This document shows, piece after piece, positions 60,890 to 64,000 of a DNA stretch of 64,000 bases. Source of the stretch: Schmidtea polychroa (lineage: Eukaryota); the NCBI GenBank assembly GCA_044892525.1, contig CM097885.1, forward strand, positions 247,504,001-247,568,000, read 5' to 3'. The position numbers and the translations under genes were made by a program. The notes under the pieces were generated by a model. That model saw only the letters and a program-made list of their open reading frames with translations, did not search any database and was not told the origin of the DNA. Every line of letters starts with the position of its first letter. The stretch's first letter is position 1.

Positions 60890-62474
60890 CGTTTATATGC
60901 GCGGCCTATGGTTAGGAGAGGCGCCAAAACCTTTGGGCAAAAAATGATTTTTATACTATAATATCTACAAATAAATAAAACTTCATATTGTAACGAAACT
61001 GTAAATATTCAGTAAATAAAGACTTAATCTTATTTTTATTAAATTTCTATACATACATTTAATTCGTATATAAAAATTATCCGAAGAGGAAGATTTTAAA
61101 ATTGGCGCCTTTGCAACGCTCTGTTTCGGTATTGCACAAAACGGCCGTTAGTTGCACGAAACAATAACCTGAAATTTATACGTCACTCGTCGCAAATGTG
61201 TCAACTGAAGCGAATTGGTGGGGTGTGTTATTGTTACTATCGTGATTTCCTTCTGAAAATAATCGTTACTATATTTTCATATTTATATTTAATTATTATT
61301 TATTTTAAATTATATCAATAAAATATTTTTAGAGAAATGGATAAATTTTTGAGTGGGTACAAGAGAAAAGTCGACAATAATGAAGATAATAATGCTGATA
61401 CAAGTGGGAATAATATGAGAAAAGAAGGAGGTAAAACTCTCACGAAAAGACAATACTGTTCATCATATTTATCGTTAGGATTTAAAAGTGTTGTTATAGA
61501 TGGCTCGGAAAAACCAATGTGTTTGTTGTGTTTGAAAGTCTTGGCTTCAGATAGTATGAGACTAGTAAAATTAAAACCGCACCATGAAACTCTACACCCT
61601 GAATATGTTAACAAACCCATAGAATTTTTTCAAAGAAAATTGCATGAGATAAATATTCAAAAAGAAACGTTCAAAAAATAGTTTCTATCACACCAAACGC
61701 ATTATTTGCTTTGTACCATGTCTCATACCGAATTGCGAAATGAAAGAAACCACATACAATTGGAGAAACCCTAATTTTACCAGCAACTGTTGATATGGTT
61801 CGAATAATGTTCGGCGAATCGTATGCAAAACACTTGCAATTTCAAGGGCAATGTATGCATCTTTTTATGGCTGGTCGAACTTCATTTTGAGATTGTTCTT
61901 GTAAAATATTGTTACTATGGAGTGCATATGTCGGCGTTGGATTCGTGTGAGGGTTTGTATAGTACTTCTATATTTCAGGTAGTCATCAAAAAGAGAAAAA
62001 TCTAATGTTTTGAGATATTTTTTCTAGGTTTTATAAATTTTTTCAAGCAAAAAAAATACGTAATAGGTCGCGTGGGGTCTATACAAGCCCACGCGCGAAC
62101 AAAAGTTTGCTCTACTCAGGCATCTTGAGCAAACTCAGCCGCGCATATATTGCAAAGTGTGTATTTGTTATTTAGGCAGCTACTGAGACACACAAACCTG
62201 CAACTTAAATAATTAAAAAATTATGTCAGTTTTTCTAAGCTCCGGGCATTTAAAGACCCCACGCGACCAACGATTTAATTTAATATACAAATAAATATAC
62301 TTGTTCGTATGTTAAAGCAAAACCTTGTTTTTATTCTGTTAATTGTAGTTTTAATTTTTTTTTGTATTAAAGTTATTATTGTTTAAAACGTGTTTATATT
62401 ATTATATATATTAAAAAAAAGATGTATGTATATTTTTTGGGGAGGCGCGGTAGCATAAAGCTTGGAAACCGCTG
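60890..62474 (+). mobile_element. deleted hAT Buster/ZBED5-like element (transposase fragment 61337-61850)
   Basis: KRQY.SSYLSLGF...KPMCLLC.KVLA.DSM...KL..H.ET.H BED finger and KPHTIGETLILPA; right end GCTTGGAAACCGCTG; left end degraded, so its coordinate is approximate. Confidence 0.8.
62066..62268. mobile_element. small MITE nested in the Buster element
   Basis: 15-bp perfect TIR GGTCGCGTGGGGTCT / AGACCCCACGCGACC; TSD unclear. Confidence 0.6.
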
Positions 62475-63376
62475 TGTTACATGCACCTGAGATATTTTTC
62501 TGGTTTGATAAAAATATATTGTACATGCCTTGGATAGTGTCCATATTTTTCTGCTTATAGCAAATTGAAATTAGAAATAGTGTATCATCCATTGCATTTC
62601 TTATTAATAATCACATGATTTGACTGAAGAGAAAAGTAGTTCAAGTCACCATTGCAATATCCTACTGACCAGTCATTAATGATACGGACGTATTTATCAA
62701 CAAACATCTAAGTTAAGGTGCTTCCAATTATATAAATTACTTTTGAGATGAAACGATATAATTTTTATAATCTTTAAGGGTTCTTTTAATTTGTTTTTTT
62801 TTATTAAGACACAAAATGAAATTTGTTTTCACTCTTGAGGTTTCCTCGCAATCTATAAGAAACGGTGTTTTATCTAAAATTTCAAAAACTCTACTCTAAA
62901 TAATATTTTAATTTATCAAATTCAAAATATCATTCAATTTACATTTATATCTTCCTAAAATATTTTTATACGTTACTTTTAATAGTAAAATTTTAAAGTT
63001 TATTTATTATAATTTTTAATATTATAACTTCTTTCGATTTTCACCTGTGATTTCTTTTCAATTGCGATTGAATTTCAAAATTGAGGAGATTTAAAATCAG
63101 AATAGTTACAGAAAATATTTGTTATGTGAATGCCTTTAGAGATAAATATGAGAGGAATAATCCTCAGTGGACAGGCGAAAGACAAATTCATATTAATTCC
63201 AANNNNNNNNNNNNNNNNNNNNNNNNNNNNNNNNNNNNNNNNNNNNNNNNNNNNNNNNNNNNNNNNNNNNNNNNNNNNNNNNNNNNNNNNNNNNNNNNNN
63301 NNNNNNNNNNNNNNNNNNNNNNNNNNNNNNNNNNNNNNNNNNNNNNNNNNNNNNNNNNNNNNNNNNNNNTTTTCTG

Positions 63377-63667
63377 TTGATAAATCTGATGACGGATCCA
63401 AACTTGCATCAAGATGATCGACTGATTCTTCATAAGGATTCTGATTATATTAAATCCAAAGATGGTTCAATTCCCTCAAATTCATCGACATTTTCTTCCA
63501 TATCGAACAATAACACATGTTTTCTTTATGTTTTAATTGGGATATTATCATTTATTTTATTAGTAATGGTGTTGAGTTTAGTTGTTCAGTTGATAATAAT
63601 TTGCCGTAAAACTAGGATCAAACAACCAATTGAAAATCATCTTCTCAACGATCCAAATAAGGTTTAG
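63377..63667 (+). CDS. possible host exon encoding a single transmembrane helix and short basic tail
   Basis: Ser/Asn-rich stalk, then FLYVLIGILSFILLVMVLSLVVQLIII-CRKTR; the upstream part is lost in a gap. Confidence 0.4.
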   Translation: MINLMTDPNLHQDDRLILHKDSDYIKSKDGSIPSNSSTFSSISNNNTCFLYVLIGILSFILLVMVLSLVVQLIIICRKTRIKQPIENHLLNDPNKV

Positions 63668-64000
63668 AATAAATATTTTAATATTTTTGATTTACTCTGC
63701 TTTAATAAATAAATTTTCTTTATTTTTGTTTAAATGATATCTAGGATTGAATCGCAGTAAAAGAATCGAAAATAGAAATTAAACGTCTACATTATGTAAA
63801 TGTTTATAACTTTAAATAAACAACTTTATTACAATATCACATAATCAAAAAATATACAGACTTCAAATGTTATTTTACATTTTATGATTTAGATATTTTA
63901 TCAACTATTAAACATTTTACTCAATTAATAAGATTTAATAGATAAAAATTAAAAAATATAAATTTAAAATTTAAAATAAAGTTTTTAAAAGCCATTTAAA

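Noticed and set aside
1141-63433. Many track ORFs containing long X runs
   Set aside because: Artefacts of reading through N-gaps; no coding evidence.

Overview
Very AT-rich eukaryotic (probably invertebrate) genomic DNA, dominated by mobile elements and interrupted by N-gaps; no host gene can be confidently identified. Two elements are essentially complete. (1) A Ty3/Gypsy LTR retrotransposon at 17293-22462, with LTRs that look identical by eye (246 bp), a GACGT target-site duplication (TSD) and a -1 frameshift signal joining gag and pol. (2) A 16.6-kb Polinton/Maverick (adintovirus-like endogenous virus) at 34626-51211, with a CATTAT TSD and ~1.5-kb terminal inverted repeats (TIRs). Its core genes are protein-primed PolB, adenain protease, major capsid protein (MCP), penton, integrase and packaging ATPase. 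Its left arm carries an unusual accessory cassette: a TATA-binding-protein-like gene, a Bcl-2-like gene, a probable OB-fold ssDNA-binding protein and a Cys-rich ORF. It also has a six-unit heat-shock element upstream of a TATA box and a putative spliced transcript, and short predicted spliceosomal introns that supply start codons to at least two genes. This is the best candidate for an undescribed system: a possibly stress-inducible virus-like element with its own transcription-initiation and anti-apoptosis functions. The rest of the window holds hAT, mariner/Tc1, Mutator and Penelope relics and MITEs, an Hsp90 pseudogene fragment and a decayed second Polinton PolB. All assignments are from motif recognition by eye; no searches were run.
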